NCBI GenBank assembly: GCA_963847625.1 | Contig: CAWKAR010000026.1 | Span: 64,001 to 128,000 of the forward strand | Length of the DNA: 64,000 nt | Origin: a candidate division FCPU426 bacterium | Lineage (GTDB): Bacteria > Oederibacteriota > Muellerivitia > Muellerivitales > Muellerivitaceae | Direction: 5' to 3' | In this document: piece by piece, positions 8,340 to 17,728 of the stretch | How the letters are laid out: each line of letters starts with the position of its first letter | Numbering within the stretch: position 1 is the stretch's first letter | The notes under the pieces: model-generated | The model's input: the letters and a program-made list of their open reading frames with translations, nothing else | Databases searched by the model: none | Told to the model about the DNA's origin: nothing | Made by a program: the position numbers and the translations under genes

Positions 8340-9914
8340 TCAATGCTTGAAATGCCGGTAATTCGTGAAGATCATCGGGATGCCGTGCTGGTTGGCGGCC
8401 TCGATGACCTCCTTGTCCCTCACGCTCCCGCCGGTCTGGATGATGGCGGCGATGCCGGCCTTGGCGCAGGCATCCACGCTGTCCCGGAAGGGCAGCATCG
8501 CGTCCGAGGCCATCACGCTTCCCTTGCCCTTTTCCCCCGCCTGGGCGATGGCGATTTCAAGCGATCCCACCCGGTTCATCTGGCCCGCTCCCACGCCGAT
8601 GGAAACCCCGTCCTTGACCAGCACGATGGCGTTGGATTTCACGTGCTTTACGAGTTTCCAGCCGAATTCCATGTCCTTGGCCAGATTGGCAGCCGGTTGT
8701 TTCTCCGTCACCACCTTGTATTGGAACTTGTCCTCCACCACTTGGTCGAATTCCTGGACCAGAAAGCCCCCCTGGATCCGCCGCACGTGGTAGCCCTGGA
8801 CCATATCCTTCATGGTCCCCAAGCCTTCCACCGTCATGACCCGGAGGTTCTTGCGGGCCTCGAACAGCTTGAGGGCCCCCGCTTCATAAGACGGAGCTAG
8901 CATGATTTCGAAGAACCCGAGCTTTTCCAGGATAATCTTGGCGGCCTTCTCGCCCACGGGCCGGTTCACGGCCACGATGCCGCCGAAGGCGGAAACGGGG
9001 TCCGCCTCAAAAGCCTTCACGAAAGCTTCGATGATGTCCCCCGCCAAGGCCGTGCCGCAGGGGTTGGTGTGCTTGATGATGGCGGCCGCCGGTTCGTCGA
9101 ATTCCTTGACCAGCATGAGCGCGGAGTCCGCGTCCATGATGTTGTTGTAGGAAAGCTCCTTCCCCTGCAACTGCTTCCCGTTCACGATCGTGGGAAGGTT
9201 GTTCTTGCGGTCCAAATAAACCGCCGCCGGCTGGTGGGGATTTTCCCCGTAGCGCATTTCCTGAAGCTTCACTCCCGACATCGTGAAGATATCCGGCCAT
9301 TTCTTTTCCGAAAGGTTCCGGTGCAGGTACTCGTGGATCATCCCGTCGTACCGGGCGGTGGTTCCGAAGGCCTCGATGGCCAATTCCTGCCGCAGTTTGA
9401 AAGTGGTGGCCCCGTTGTTTTCCTTCATTTCCTTGATGATGTCCGCATAGCGGGCGGGGGAAACCACCACGGTCACGCTGCGGTAATTCTTGGAGGCCGA
9501 ACGGATCATGGAAGGCCCGCCGATGTCGATGTTCTCGATGGCCACGTGCAGTTCCACATTGGGCTTGGAAATGGTGGCTTCGAAGGGGTAGAGGTTCACG
9601 CAAATCAGGTCGATCGGCTTGATGTTATGCTTGGCGATCGTTTCCATGTGTTCCGGGTTGTCGCGAAGCGACAGCAATCCCCCGTGCACCACGGGATGCA
9701 GGGTCTTCACCCGCCCGTCCAGCATTTCGGGGAAGCCGGTCACCTCGGATATGTCCTTCACCGGGATTCCCGCGTCCTTGATGGCCTTGGCGGTCCCTCC
9801 GGTCGAGATCAACTCGACCCCATGGGACGCCAAAACCTTGGCGAACTCGATCAAACCCGATTTGTCCGATACGCTCAGCAACGCCCTTTTGATCTTCACC
9901 AGGTCTTCAGCCAT
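8340..9914 (-). CDS. purH: Bifunctional AICAR transformylase/IMP cyclohydrolase
   Basis: ALLSVSDK, STGGT, GRVKTLHP, IDIGGPSM, RYGENPHQ, KHVKSNAI, RHFKH. Confidence 0.98.
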   Translation of the reverse strand: MAEDLVKIKRALLSVSDKSGLIEFAKVLASHGVELISTGGTAKAIKDAGIPVKDISEVTGFPEMLDGRVKTLHPVVHGGLLSLRDNPEHMETIAKHNIKPIDLICVNLYPFEATISKPNVELHVAIENIDIGGPSMIRSASKNYRSVTVVVSPARYADIIKEMKENNGATTFKLRQELAIEAFGTTARYDGMIHEYLHRNLSEKKWPDIFTMSGVKLQEMRYGENPHQPAAVYLDRKNNLPTIVNGKQLQGKELSYNNIMDADSALMLVKEFDEPAAAIIKHTNPCGTALAGDIIEAFVKAFEADPVSAFGGIVAVNRPVGEKAAKIILEKLGFFEIMLAPSYEAGALKLFEARKNLRVMTVEGLGTMKDMVQGYHVRRIQGGFLVQEFDQVVEDKFQYKVVTEKQPAANLAKDMEFGWKLVKHVKSNAIVLVKDGVSIGVGAGQMNRVGSLEIAIAQAGEKGKGSVMASDAMLPFRDSVDACAKAGIAAIIQTGGSVRDKEVIEAANQHGIPMIFTNYRHFKH

Positions 9915-9935
9915 GTTTCCTCCATTTAATTAAGT

Positions 9936-10085
9936 TGTCATCGCGAGGAGCTGCCCCAATCGGGGCGTTTTGCGACGTGGCGACCTCAGTTAGTAGTTCG
10001 ATTAAGCTTTGTTATAGGCTTTATTAAACTGAGGTTGCTTCCTCGTCATCGTCCGCCTATTCGGCGGCCACTCGTCGCAATGACA
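9936..10085. repeat. Intergenic palindromic element (TGTCATCGCGAG...TCGCAATGACA), copy 1
   Basis: Terminal inverted repeats plus internal hairpins (GCCCCAATCGGGGC; CCTCAGTT/AACTGAGG); homologous to 24025-24252. Confidence 0.8.
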
Positions 10086-10128
10086 GATATTTTTTAAATC
10101 AACTCGACGTTATTTATCTATTGCTAAA

Positions 10129-10752
10129 TTAAAACAAAACCTTCACTCTGCCGTCATCCACCTTGATCTTTCCCTCGCAGAACAGCCTCACCGCCTCGGG
10201 ATAAATTTGGTGTTCGACTTGCAATACCCTTTGGGCCAGGGTTTCGAGCGTGTCGTTCGACAAAACCTTCACGCTTCCCTGCAAAATGATGGGCCCCGCG
10301 TCCACCCCCTCCGTCACGAAATGAACCGTTGCCCCCGATTCCTTCTCCTTGGCCGCCAAGACCGCCTCGTGCACGTGGTGGCCGTACATTCCCTGCCCGC
10401 CGAACTTGGGCAAGAGGGCCGGATGGATGTTCATTATTCGGTATGGGAAAGCTTTCACCATGACGGGAGTCAGTATCCTCATATAACCCGCCAGGCAGAC
10501 GAGGTCGATCTTCTTGGCTTGGCAGATTCTCAGGATTTCCCGGTCATAATCCTCCCGGGTTCCCTTGAAATCCTTGCTGGGAATGGAAATAGCCTCAATC
10601 TGGTGGTATTCCGCCCTTTCCAGGGCCTTGGCATCGGGAACGTTCGAGAAAACCAGGCTGATCCGGCCGTTGATGTTTCCCGCTTCCTGGGAATCGATCA
10701 AGGCCTGAAGATTGGTACCTCCGCCGGAAACCAATACCGCGATTCGAATCAA
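10129..10752 (-). CDS. purN: Phosphoribosylglycinamide formyltransferase
   Basis: VSGGGTNLQA, LAGYMRIL, NIHPALLP, GATVHFV, DAGPII. Confidence 0.97.
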   Translation of the reverse strand: MIRIAVLVSGGGTNLQALIDSQEAGNINGRISLVFSNVPDAKALERAEYHQIEAISIPSKDFKGTREDYDREILRICQAKKIDLVCLAGYMRILTPVMVKAFPYRIMNIHPALLPKFGGQGMYGHHVHEAVLAAKEKESGATVHFVTEGVDAGPIILQGSVKVLSNDTLETLAQRVLQVEHQIYPEAVRLFCEGKIKVDDGRVKVLF

Positions 10753-10815
10753 TTGAACCCCCCATTAACCAAGCCCGCCAAAACTCGTGTTGGGTATTTT
10801 TTCAGTCATCTCTTC

Positions 10816-12822
10816 TTATAAGTGTTGGTTTGCGGCTTCTAAGCTCTTCAAGTTGGCCAGGGCTTCCTTATTCTCCGGGTCTAAATCCAAAACCCTTTTG
10901 TAAAGACCTGCCGCTTCCGGCGCCCGGCGCGACATCACCAGGCAATTCGCCTCATCCACCAGCGTAGGAACGCAGGTAGGATAATCCAAAACCAATTTTT
11001 GATATACGGGCAAAGCGTCCGGATACTTCTTGAGGTCCGCCAGTTTCCGGGCCTTTTGGTACTCCGGAAGGCGGAAGACCAGAACCGGATCGAGGCTGAC
11101 CGCCCTTTTCATTTCCGCCGAGGCCTCATCCAAGCGGTTCAACTTTTCCAGGACATCGGCTTTCTTGTAGTGGAGAAGGACGTAATCTGGCGCATTCTTA
11201 CCCACGGCCTGGAAATCCGCCAAGGCCAGCTCCAAATCACCGGCCTGGCCCCGGTTGGCGTAAGCGGACCCTTGAAAATACCTGGCGGTCAGGTTTTCCG
11301 GTTCCAACGTGAGGACCTGGCTGTAGGCCCAAATAGCGTCCTCCCACTTCCCGGCTTCGGAAAGCTTTTCCGCCGTTTTCAATTCAACATCCGCGCCCTG
11401 GCTTTGGAAAGACCACGATAATTGCATCAAGGAAAGAAGCGCGATCGTGGCGGCGAAGGGCAGGATAAAAACCTTCCATTTCGTCACGTCAAACAGCCTG
11501 CAGCGTATTGGAAAGCCCGCCAGGTGGTAAAACCTCTGGGACAAACCCACCGGCATGGCGGCGAAGAAAAGCAAAGGCACCAGGGTGGAGGGCAGAAAGC
11601 TGTTAAGGTCGAATAGATTGTCGACGGCCACCCCCGCGAACAGCGCGAAAGCACCCGCCCCCAGCGCCCGGGGGATGGCTTTGGCCGAGTAAAGCCGCCA
11701 CCATTGGGATAGGACGTACCAGCCAAATAGCAGGAGCAGGGCCAACCCGACCACGCCGGTTTCAGCCGTCCATTCCAGAATCCAGTTATGCGCGTGGTTG
11801 ACCTCGTAGCTTCTCTCGGTTTGCCACATCATGAGCGAGAGGGGCCGGTAAGGGGGAAAAGCCGTGCCGAAAGCCCCGAACCCGACACCCATGATGGGAT
11901 GGTCCTTGATCATTTCCACGGTTCCCTTCCAAACTTCCTGCCGGAACTTGATGGATTGGCCTTGGGGATTCTTCAATTCCACGGCTACGCGGCCGGCCGA
12001 CAGGGTCAAAAGCCCGGCCAGGCATAGGCCGCCGATGATTAAATAAACCTTGTTTTTCCTCAGTTTGTCCCTGTCCATTCCCTTGAATAAAAAAAAGAAG
12101 AGGAACACCAAGAGCCCGGCGTAAAAACCGATAATCCCCGCCTTGCTTCCCGTCCAAATCAAAGCCAGGAAACTCACCAGGGTCAGGGACAACCAAAGGA
12201 TCTTGGTGCTGGGTTGCGCGGCCTTGAAGTACAGGGCCAAAGCGATGGGCCAAACCATTAATAGGTACCCGGCCAGGAAGTCGGGGTTCCCCAATCCGGC
12301 TGTGACCCTTCCATGGAATTGCTCCTGGACGATCTGCAGCCAGACGCCCCCGCCCGCCCCGAATGCCTGCAACACGGCCCAAAGGGCTGTCACCAGGGCG
12401 CTCACGAGAAAAACGATCAGAATGTTCTCGGCCTTCCATAACTCGAAACACACCAATGTCACCAATAGGTACCAAATGGGAAAACAAGCCCCATCCATCA
12501 GGGCGGTCCATCCCACCTTGTAATAGGGGGAAAGATGTATGGAAAGGGCGATCCAAGCCACCAAGGCCAGGAGAGGCAAAAAGGCGTTGGTCCAAACCAA
12601 GACCACACGGCCCGTCAGGGATACCTTCAGGGTCCAGGCCGCCAGGATGAGGGCAACCATGACTTGGGCCAGGGCCAGCTTGGGATGGATGGGGTCCGCG
12701 CCCTCGGTTTGGGTGAGGAAAGGAAGAATCGCGATGAAAAGGACCGAGAGGAAGATGGGAGCACGGTCCAGGGCCAGAGCCCAGCCGTTCACCTTCATCA
12801 TGGGTTGTTGGGTTTGTTCCAT
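10816..12822 (-). CDS. O-antigen ligase-like (Wzy_C) membrane protein with C-terminal TPR repeats
   Basis: Many TM segments; GNPDFLAGYL, TGSKAG, R..VW, HPIMGVGFG, HAHN motifs; helical TPR-like C-terminus. Confidence 0.85.
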   Translation of the reverse strand: MEQTQQPMMKVNGWALALDRAPIFLSVLFIAILPFLTQTEGADPIHPKLALAQVMVALILAAWTLKVSLTGRVVLVWTNAFLPLLALVAWIALSIHLSPYYKVGWTALMDGACFPIWYLLVTLVCFELWKAENILIVFLVSALVTALWAVLQAFGAGGGVWLQIVQEQFHGRVTAGLGNPDFLAGYLLMVWPIALALYFKAAQPSTKILWLSLTLVSFLALIWTGSKAGIIGFYAGLLVFLFFFLFKGMDRDKLRKNKVYLIIGGLCLAGLLTLSAGRVAVELKNPQGQSIKFRQEVWKGTVEMIKDHPIMGVGFGAFGTAFPPYRPLSLMMWQTERSYEVNHAHNWILEWTAETGVVGLALLLLFGWYVLSQWWRLYSAKAIPRALGAGAFALFAGVAVDNLFDLNSFLPSTLVPLLFFAAMPVGLSQRFYHLAGFPIRCRLFDVTKWKVFILPFAATIALLSLMQLSWSFQSQGADVELKTAEKLSEAGKWEDAIWAYSQVLTLEPENLTARYFQGSAYANRGQAGDLELALADFQAVGKNAPDYVLLHYKKADVLEKLNRLDEASAEMKRAVSLDPVLVFRLPEYQKARKLADLKKYPDALPVYQKLVLDYPTCVPTLVDEANCLVMSRRAPEAAGLYKRVLDLDPENKEALANLKSLEAANQHL

Positions 12823-12905
12823 GGTTTCTCCAAGAGGGACATTTTAGCCTCAATTCGGAAAAACGGAGGGGATTTTAAAGCCTACGGAGAAGACAAAAGC
12901 AATTA

Positions 12906-13071
12906 GCCATGGATGCACGAGATGAATGGGATGGATTCACAACACCATTAAAACTTTAAGAAATTTTTCTCAGAAAATCTTTAAACGATTTTATTGATTT
13001 GGAATTAACCAATGAATCCCAAGCATACCGAACTTCCATAACTACTTTTGGTGAATCGGCACATCCGTGGC
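12906..13071. repeat. Degenerate inverted-repeat element (GCCATGGATG...CATCCGTGGC)
   Basis: The ends are near-complementary and an inner GATTCAC/GTGAATC pair brackets an AT-rich core. Confidence 0.45.
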
Positions 13072-13100
13072 AAATAGATTTTTGGTGGGATTTTCAAAGT

Positions 13101-14138
13101 TTAAACGAATTCAACGCCTTTTTTGCCCTTGATGACTTCCCCGACCACGCGCGGGTAGGCGCCGTTTTTGCGGAGCTTCTTGATGGCCTTTTCGGCCTTC
13201 TTGGCGCTGACGATCAAGATCATTCCCAAACCCATATTGAAGGTCCGGTAGGCATCCTCTTTGGGCACGTTCCCCTTTTTGATCAGCCATTCCATGATGG
13301 GAAGTACCCGCCAGGAACCTTCCTTGAAGCGGATGCGGCAGCCCTCGGGCAAAACCCTGGGCGGGTTGTCGATCAGGCCCCCGCCGGTGATGTGGGCCAT
13401 AGCCTTGATGTTCACCTCGGACAGGACGGGATAGATTTCCCGGAAATAGGATTTGTGGGGAATCAGCAGGATATCCCCGATGACACCCTTAAGTTCCGGC
13501 ACGCGGTCGGTAAACTTCAGTCCGGCTATTTCGGTCACTATTTTTCGGGCCAGGGAATAGCCATTCGTGTGAAGCGACACCGAAGGAAGTCCGATGCAAA
13601 CGTCGCCCGGTTTGACCTCATCCCCCCGGATGATCTTCTTCTTTTCCACGACACCCACGATTGTCCCCGCGATGTCATAGTCCCCTTCCTTGTAAACCGA
13701 CGGCATTTCGGCGGTTTCGCCGCCGATCAGGGCCACGCCCGCCTTTTGGCATTCTTCCGCCATGCCGGAGACGATTTCAGCCACCACGGAAGGGTTTAAT
13801 TTCCCCGACGCGATGTAATCCAGGAAAAACAGGGGCTTGGCGCCCTGAACCAGGATGTCGTTGATGGAATGGCCCACCATGTCGCGGCCCAGGTTCCTGT
13901 ACTTGCCCATGGCCACACCGATCAGGGTTTTGGTTCCTACTCCGTCGGTAGACGAGACCAGAACCGGCTTTTTGTAGTCCTTGGCTTTGAATTCATAGAG
14001 CCCGCCGAACAAGCCGATATCGGAGAGAACCGAGGAATTGAAGGTCCGCTTGACGAGGCTTTTTATCCGCCGGACGGTCTCGTTGCCCTTCTCAATGTTG
14101 ACCCCAGCGTCCTTGTAGCTGACTTGTGCCAATTTCAT
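13101..14138 (-). CDS. purM: Phosphoribosylformylglycinamidine cyclo-ligase (AIR synthetase)
   Basis: YKDAGVNI, TDGVGTK, PLFFLDY, GGETAEMP, HITGGG, TFNMG. Confidence 0.98.
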   Translation of the reverse strand: MKLAQVSYKDAGVNIEKGNETVRRIKSLVKRTFNSSVLSDIGLFGGLYEFKAKDYKKPVLVSSTDGVGTKTLIGVAMGKYRNLGRDMVGHSINDILVQGAKPLFFLDYIASGKLNPSVVAEIVSGMAEECQKAGVALIGGETAEMPSVYKEGDYDIAGTIVGVVEKKKIIRGDEVKPGDVCIGLPSVSLHTNGYSLARKIVTEIAGLKFTDRVPELKGVIGDILLIPHKSYFREIYPVLSEVNIKAMAHITGGGLIDNPPRVLPEGCRIRFKEGSWRVLPIMEWLIKKGNVPKEDAYRTFNMGLGMILIVSAKKAEKAIKKLRKNGAYPRVVGEVIKGKKGVEFV

Positions 14139-14209
14139 CTCCTATATAAGTTTTAGGAAGTGGTTATTCTGACTTGAGAGCGGTTCATTTTCCACATATT
14201 TGGTGTTAA

Positions 14210-14446
14210 TTATACAGTTCGGTCAAATCCGGAAGATTTTTCAGGTTGTGCCGGAGGGGAAGAATCAGGTTTCTGAGTTTCGCCATTTGAATTGATAAAC
14301 TCATCCAGTTCCTTGCGATTGCGGTGCAAAAGGTTGAACAAATACCGGGAGTATTGCGTAAAACGCCGGCGGCGCGCACCTACAATACTGGCAGGAGGCG
14401 AAGAAGTAACCGGATCAACCGGAGGAAACGGATCATCTTCCGACAT
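14210..14446 (-). CDS. Small hypothetical protein (paralog of 16013-16252)
   Basis: GAGGTG RBS; shares N- and C-terminal motifs with 16013-16252. Confidence 0.7.
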   Translation of the reverse strand: MSEDDPFPPVDPVTSSPPASIVGARRRRFTQYSRYLFNLLHRNRKELDEFINSNGETQKPDSSPPAQPEKSSGFDRTV

Positions 14447-14591
14447 CTAAGCACCTCAGCTTGGAATTCAGCGGTTTTGAGTAGTTACGACTACAAAGTA
14501 AACCCTTTCTACTCTAAAATCAAACCCTTGCCGGCAATCGCGAAAGTTATGTAATCATGATTCAATACTTCTTCTTTTAGGAGAATGAATT

Positions 14592-15944
14592 TTGACCCGT
14601 TTGAACAAGCTCACAAGATTCCTTCTGTTATGCGGGGTTACCTTTGGCCTTTGGGCTTTATCCCACGCGCAAAACGCCCAGGAAACCCCGTCCAAGGATG
14701 TTTCCAGCCTGCGTCAATTCGCCTATGGAAAATCCGGCGAATGGCTTTATGAAAGCCTTCAAACCATCCACCTCCCCAAAACCCGCCCTTTGAGATTGAC
14801 TGAGAGAAGATTCACCCTTCCCGTGGATTGGAACCTCCAAACCCGTGAAAACAAGGAAGGATTTCCTTTTTCCAGCCTCCGCGCCGTGGATTATTCCCTC
14901 AATTCCAAATCGGCGACCGCCTACCTTGCCGGATTCAAGACGAAATATTACTCAAATGCCGGCAACCTCTTTGACCAATATGAAAACCGCCTCAAGATTT
15001 CCAAACATCTGACCTCCGGGCAGAAAAAAATCATCCTGGAGCAAGACGACCAAATGAGAGACCGCTCGATGGTTTTTTACCTCGCCTTCAAAAGAACCCA
15101 GGTACAGTTCGTTTATTACCCCGGCAAAATCCAGTTCAAGGGCGGCGACCGGGATCATATGGAAAAATGGCTCACCGACGTGCCGGAGGATATTCGGAAA
15201 GGGGTTAGGAAAGATTATGCCTTGATCCAGGACTCCCACGGTCTTCTTTCCATCTTCAACGGGACTTTTGAAAGTATCGACAATTTCGTGAAGTGGAATG
15301 AACCGGGCGGGGCCAGGCGGTATGGCGGGTTGGGATACGATTTCACAACGTTGAAAGAACCCCAGGATGAAATGGCCACCTTCGCCTTATATAAGAAAGG
15401 CCGAGTGGCGTTGGGGACTTATAAAAACCTTCCCCAGAAAGAAGAAATCCGCACATTCGTGCAAAACAGGTTCATGGTCATAGAAAACGGAAAACTCGCC
15501 AAGGATGCCGATCCCGACGCCTTCTGTGAGTTCCATGACAATATCGCCCGTTCCTATCTATTCACTGATAAGTACAACCGGATCGGCTACATCTGGACGA
15601 TGTACACCCCGGCCAACGTGCTGGCGCCCATCGCGCTGAAAATGGGCATTGAAAACATGATGCTATTGGATATCCACGCCCCCGTGAGTTGTTCCATTGC
15701 CGACCCTGCCGGGCCTTTGGTCTTTTCCACATGGCGGGACTACATGAACCGGTCCATCGACTTGGTGCCGAATTTCTTCAAGCTCTCTCCCATGAAATCC
15801 TCGATCACCTGGCTATCCACCGCGTTGCAGAGCCGGATCCAATCGCATTATTCCAAGGAGGCGTTCGAACTGGGTTCCGAGTCTTATTTCGGTGTTTTCC
15901 TGAGGGGTTCGCCCGAGGCGAAACGAATGAGGGAGATACCTTAA
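14592..15944 (+). CDS. Secreted protein, divergent phosphodiester glycosidase (NAGPA-like) family
   Basis: Signal peptide and AGGAG RBS. The C-terminal half has FNGTF, ATFALYKKGRVALG, FVQNRFMVIENG, ARSYL and MMLLDIH, resembling NAGPA-like motifs (NGGF; RS/T; AxxLD). Confidence 0.55.
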   Translation: MTRLNKLTRFLLLCGVTFGLWALSHAQNAQETPSKDVSSLRQFAYGKSGEWLYESLQTIHLPKTRPLRLTERRFTLPVDWNLQTRENKEGFPFSSLRAVDYSLNSKSATAYLAGFKTKYYSNAGNLFDQYENRLKISKHLTSGQKKIILEQDDQMRDRSMVFYLAFKRTQVQFVYYPGKIQFKGGDRDHMEKWLTDVPEDIRKGVRKDYALIQDSHGLLSIFNGTFESIDNFVKWNEPGGARRYGGLGYDFTTLKEPQDEMATFALYKKGRVALGTYKNLPQKEEIRTFVQNRFMVIENGKLAKDADPDAFCEFHDNIARSYLFTDKYNRIGYIWTMYTPANVLAPIALKMGIENMMLLDIHAPVSCSIADPAGPLVFSTWRDYMNRSIDLVPNFFKLSPMKSSITWLSTALQSRIQSHYSKEAFELGSESYFGVFLRGSPEAKRMREIP

Positions 15945-16012
15945 ACATCACGATAAAGTTAATTCTTACTTTTCTTTTTGGGTTTAATTCTCAGAGATTC
16001 CGGTAATCATTT

Positions 16013-16252
16013 TCAGGCCTCGACGTCAAATCCCGAGGAAGGCCCATCCCCATGGGAATCAGGAGGCCGGTTGGACTGATTTCCCTCTTTTATCCTTCTT
16101 TCCTTCCTCAGCTTCCGCCGGCGCATGATCATCTGGTACCGAAGGTACCGGGCCAAGGGGCGCAGGGGTCGAAGGATAAAATCCCTGGCATTACGGTTGG
16201 GATCGGAATTCGCGACCGGGTCAATGGGTGTGATGGGATCTTCGTGGGGCAA
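16013..16252 (-). CDS. Small basic hypothetical protein (paralog of 14210-14446)
   Basis: GAGGTG RBS before a TTG start; EDPITPIDPV...SSGFDVEA. Confidence 0.7.
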   Translation of the reverse strand: MPHEDPITPIDPVANSDPNRNARDFILRPLRPLARYLRYQMIMRRRKLRKERRIKEGNQSNRPPDSHGDGPSSGFDVEA

Positions 16253-16307
16253 ACGACACCTCGCTGCTCTTCGTCATGGATAAACATCACTGACACCGTC
16301 AATTGTA

Positions 16308-16335
16308 ACATCGGAATCTGATTTTCCTCCATTTA
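16308..16335 (-). promoter_or_regulatory. Possible sigma-28 (FliA/SigD)-type promoter for 16013-16252
   Basis: TAAA-N16-TCCGATGT on the minus strand versus consensus TAAA-N15/16-GCCGATAA. Confidence 0.35.
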
Positions 16336-16399
16336 CAAAACCCAGTCCCAGGGCTAAATTAACCCGACGAATTATTCCGATGAATTCGAAGGAACAACC

Positions 16400-17662
16400 T
16401 TGGCCGAGAAAAACCCCAACCTGAAATGGACGGTCATCTACCTGGTTGTTTGTTTCCTTCCGGTCCTAGCGTTTTTCCTTTCCACCCAAGCGGCCGGGAT
16501 CATTCACCACCGGGTGGTGAATAATTACCTGATTTACGCCCCGGATTTATGCCTTCTTTTAGTGGCCATCCTGGGCTGGCAGATCAATCAAACCCGCGCT
16601 TTCTGGGCCTCCCTGGCCCTTTGGGGGCTGTACCACTACCTGCTCCAACCCACCTCCTTATTCGCGTTGGAAACGACCAGGGTCAAGTCCTTCGAGATCA
16701 CCGCGGTGGCCTTTCCCCTTTTCCTGGCCATTCTTTTCTCGATCAAGGAAAGCAAGCTTTTCAGCGACCAAACCCTGACCCGCCTTCTCCTGGCCCTATG
16801 CCCCTTCATTTTCCTCACGGCCCTTTACGCATGGGCTCCCGACATCCCCCCAAAAGTCTTTTTCTGGAACATCCTTTCGAGCAAGTTCGCAGTCTGGCCC
16901 GATGTCACCCTTCTTTCCCTGGCCATCCTGGGTCTGGTCTTTTTTTTCATGGATGACGCCAAGATCAAGCCGTTCTTGACCGCCATCCTCACCACCCTGA
17001 TCCCGCTTTACCTGGCCCTCTACGTGAGCCTCATCCCGGGGGCGGTCACCCTGAAAACCGATTCTTCCTTCCATGTGATCCTTTCCATGACCGCCCTTTC
17101 GGCGGTCCTGCTCCATTCCATCCTCCATACCTATTGGCGCCGGGTGTACCTGGACGCCTTGACTGGCATCCCGAACCGACAGGCCCTGGATGAGCGGCTC
17201 CACACCCTGAGCGGAGCCTATGCCCTGGCCATGGTGGACATCGACCACTTCAAGAAGTTCAACGACACCTACGGCCACGAGGAGGGGGATAACGTCCTGA
17301 GGATGGTGGCCCAGCACTTACAGAGCCACCTGGGCCCCAAGGCCTTCCGCTACGGGGGTGAGGAATTTTGCGTGGTTTTCGAGGGAGTTGAGACCGCTGG
17401 AGCCGAAAAACTCATGGAGGAGACACGGGAGGGGTTGGAAAAAAGGAAGTTCACGATCCGGGCCCGCCGGCGACGCAAGGGCGAGAGCGAACGGGCTTTC
17501 AAGGCCAGGGATGGAGGATCATCCCCCAAGATCACGATCAGCGTGGGGGTCGCCCTGGCGGGAGCCAAAACCACCTCCTCCCACCAGGTCATCAAGAAGG
17601 CCGACCAAGCCCTTTACCAGGCCAAGGACAGGGGACGCAACCGCATCGTCATGGCGGAATAA
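16400..17662 (+). CDS. Membrane-bound diguanylate cyclase (GGDEF domain)
   Basis: Multiple TM helices, then DALTGIPNR, DIDHFKKFNDTYGH, RYGGEEF, ADQALYQAK..GRNR. Confidence 0.93.
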   Translation: MAEKNPNLKWTVIYLVVCFLPVLAFFLSTQAAGIIHHRVVNNYLIYAPDLCLLLVAILGWQINQTRAFWASLALWGLYHYLLQPTSLFALETTRVKSFEITAVAFPLFLAILFSIKESKLFSDQTLTRLLLALCPFIFLTALYAWAPDIPPKVFFWNILSSKFAVWPDVTLLSLAILGLVFFFMDDAKIKPFLTAILTTLIPLYLALYVSLIPGAVTLKTDSSFHVILSMTALSAVLLHSILHTYWRRVYLDALTGIPNRQALDERLHTLSGAYALAMVDIDHFKKFNDTYGHEEGDNVLRMVAQHLQSHLGPKAFRYGGEEFCVVFEGVETAGAEKLMEETREGLEKRKFTIRARRRRKGESERAFKARDGGSSPKITISVGVALAGAKTTSSHQVIKKADQALYQAKDRGRNRIVMAE

Positions 17663-17728
17663 CTGAATTTTCCCATTAATAGTTTTTAAGCAGGAATTAT
17701 CTTAGAAAAGTTTGATCCCGGAAAATCT

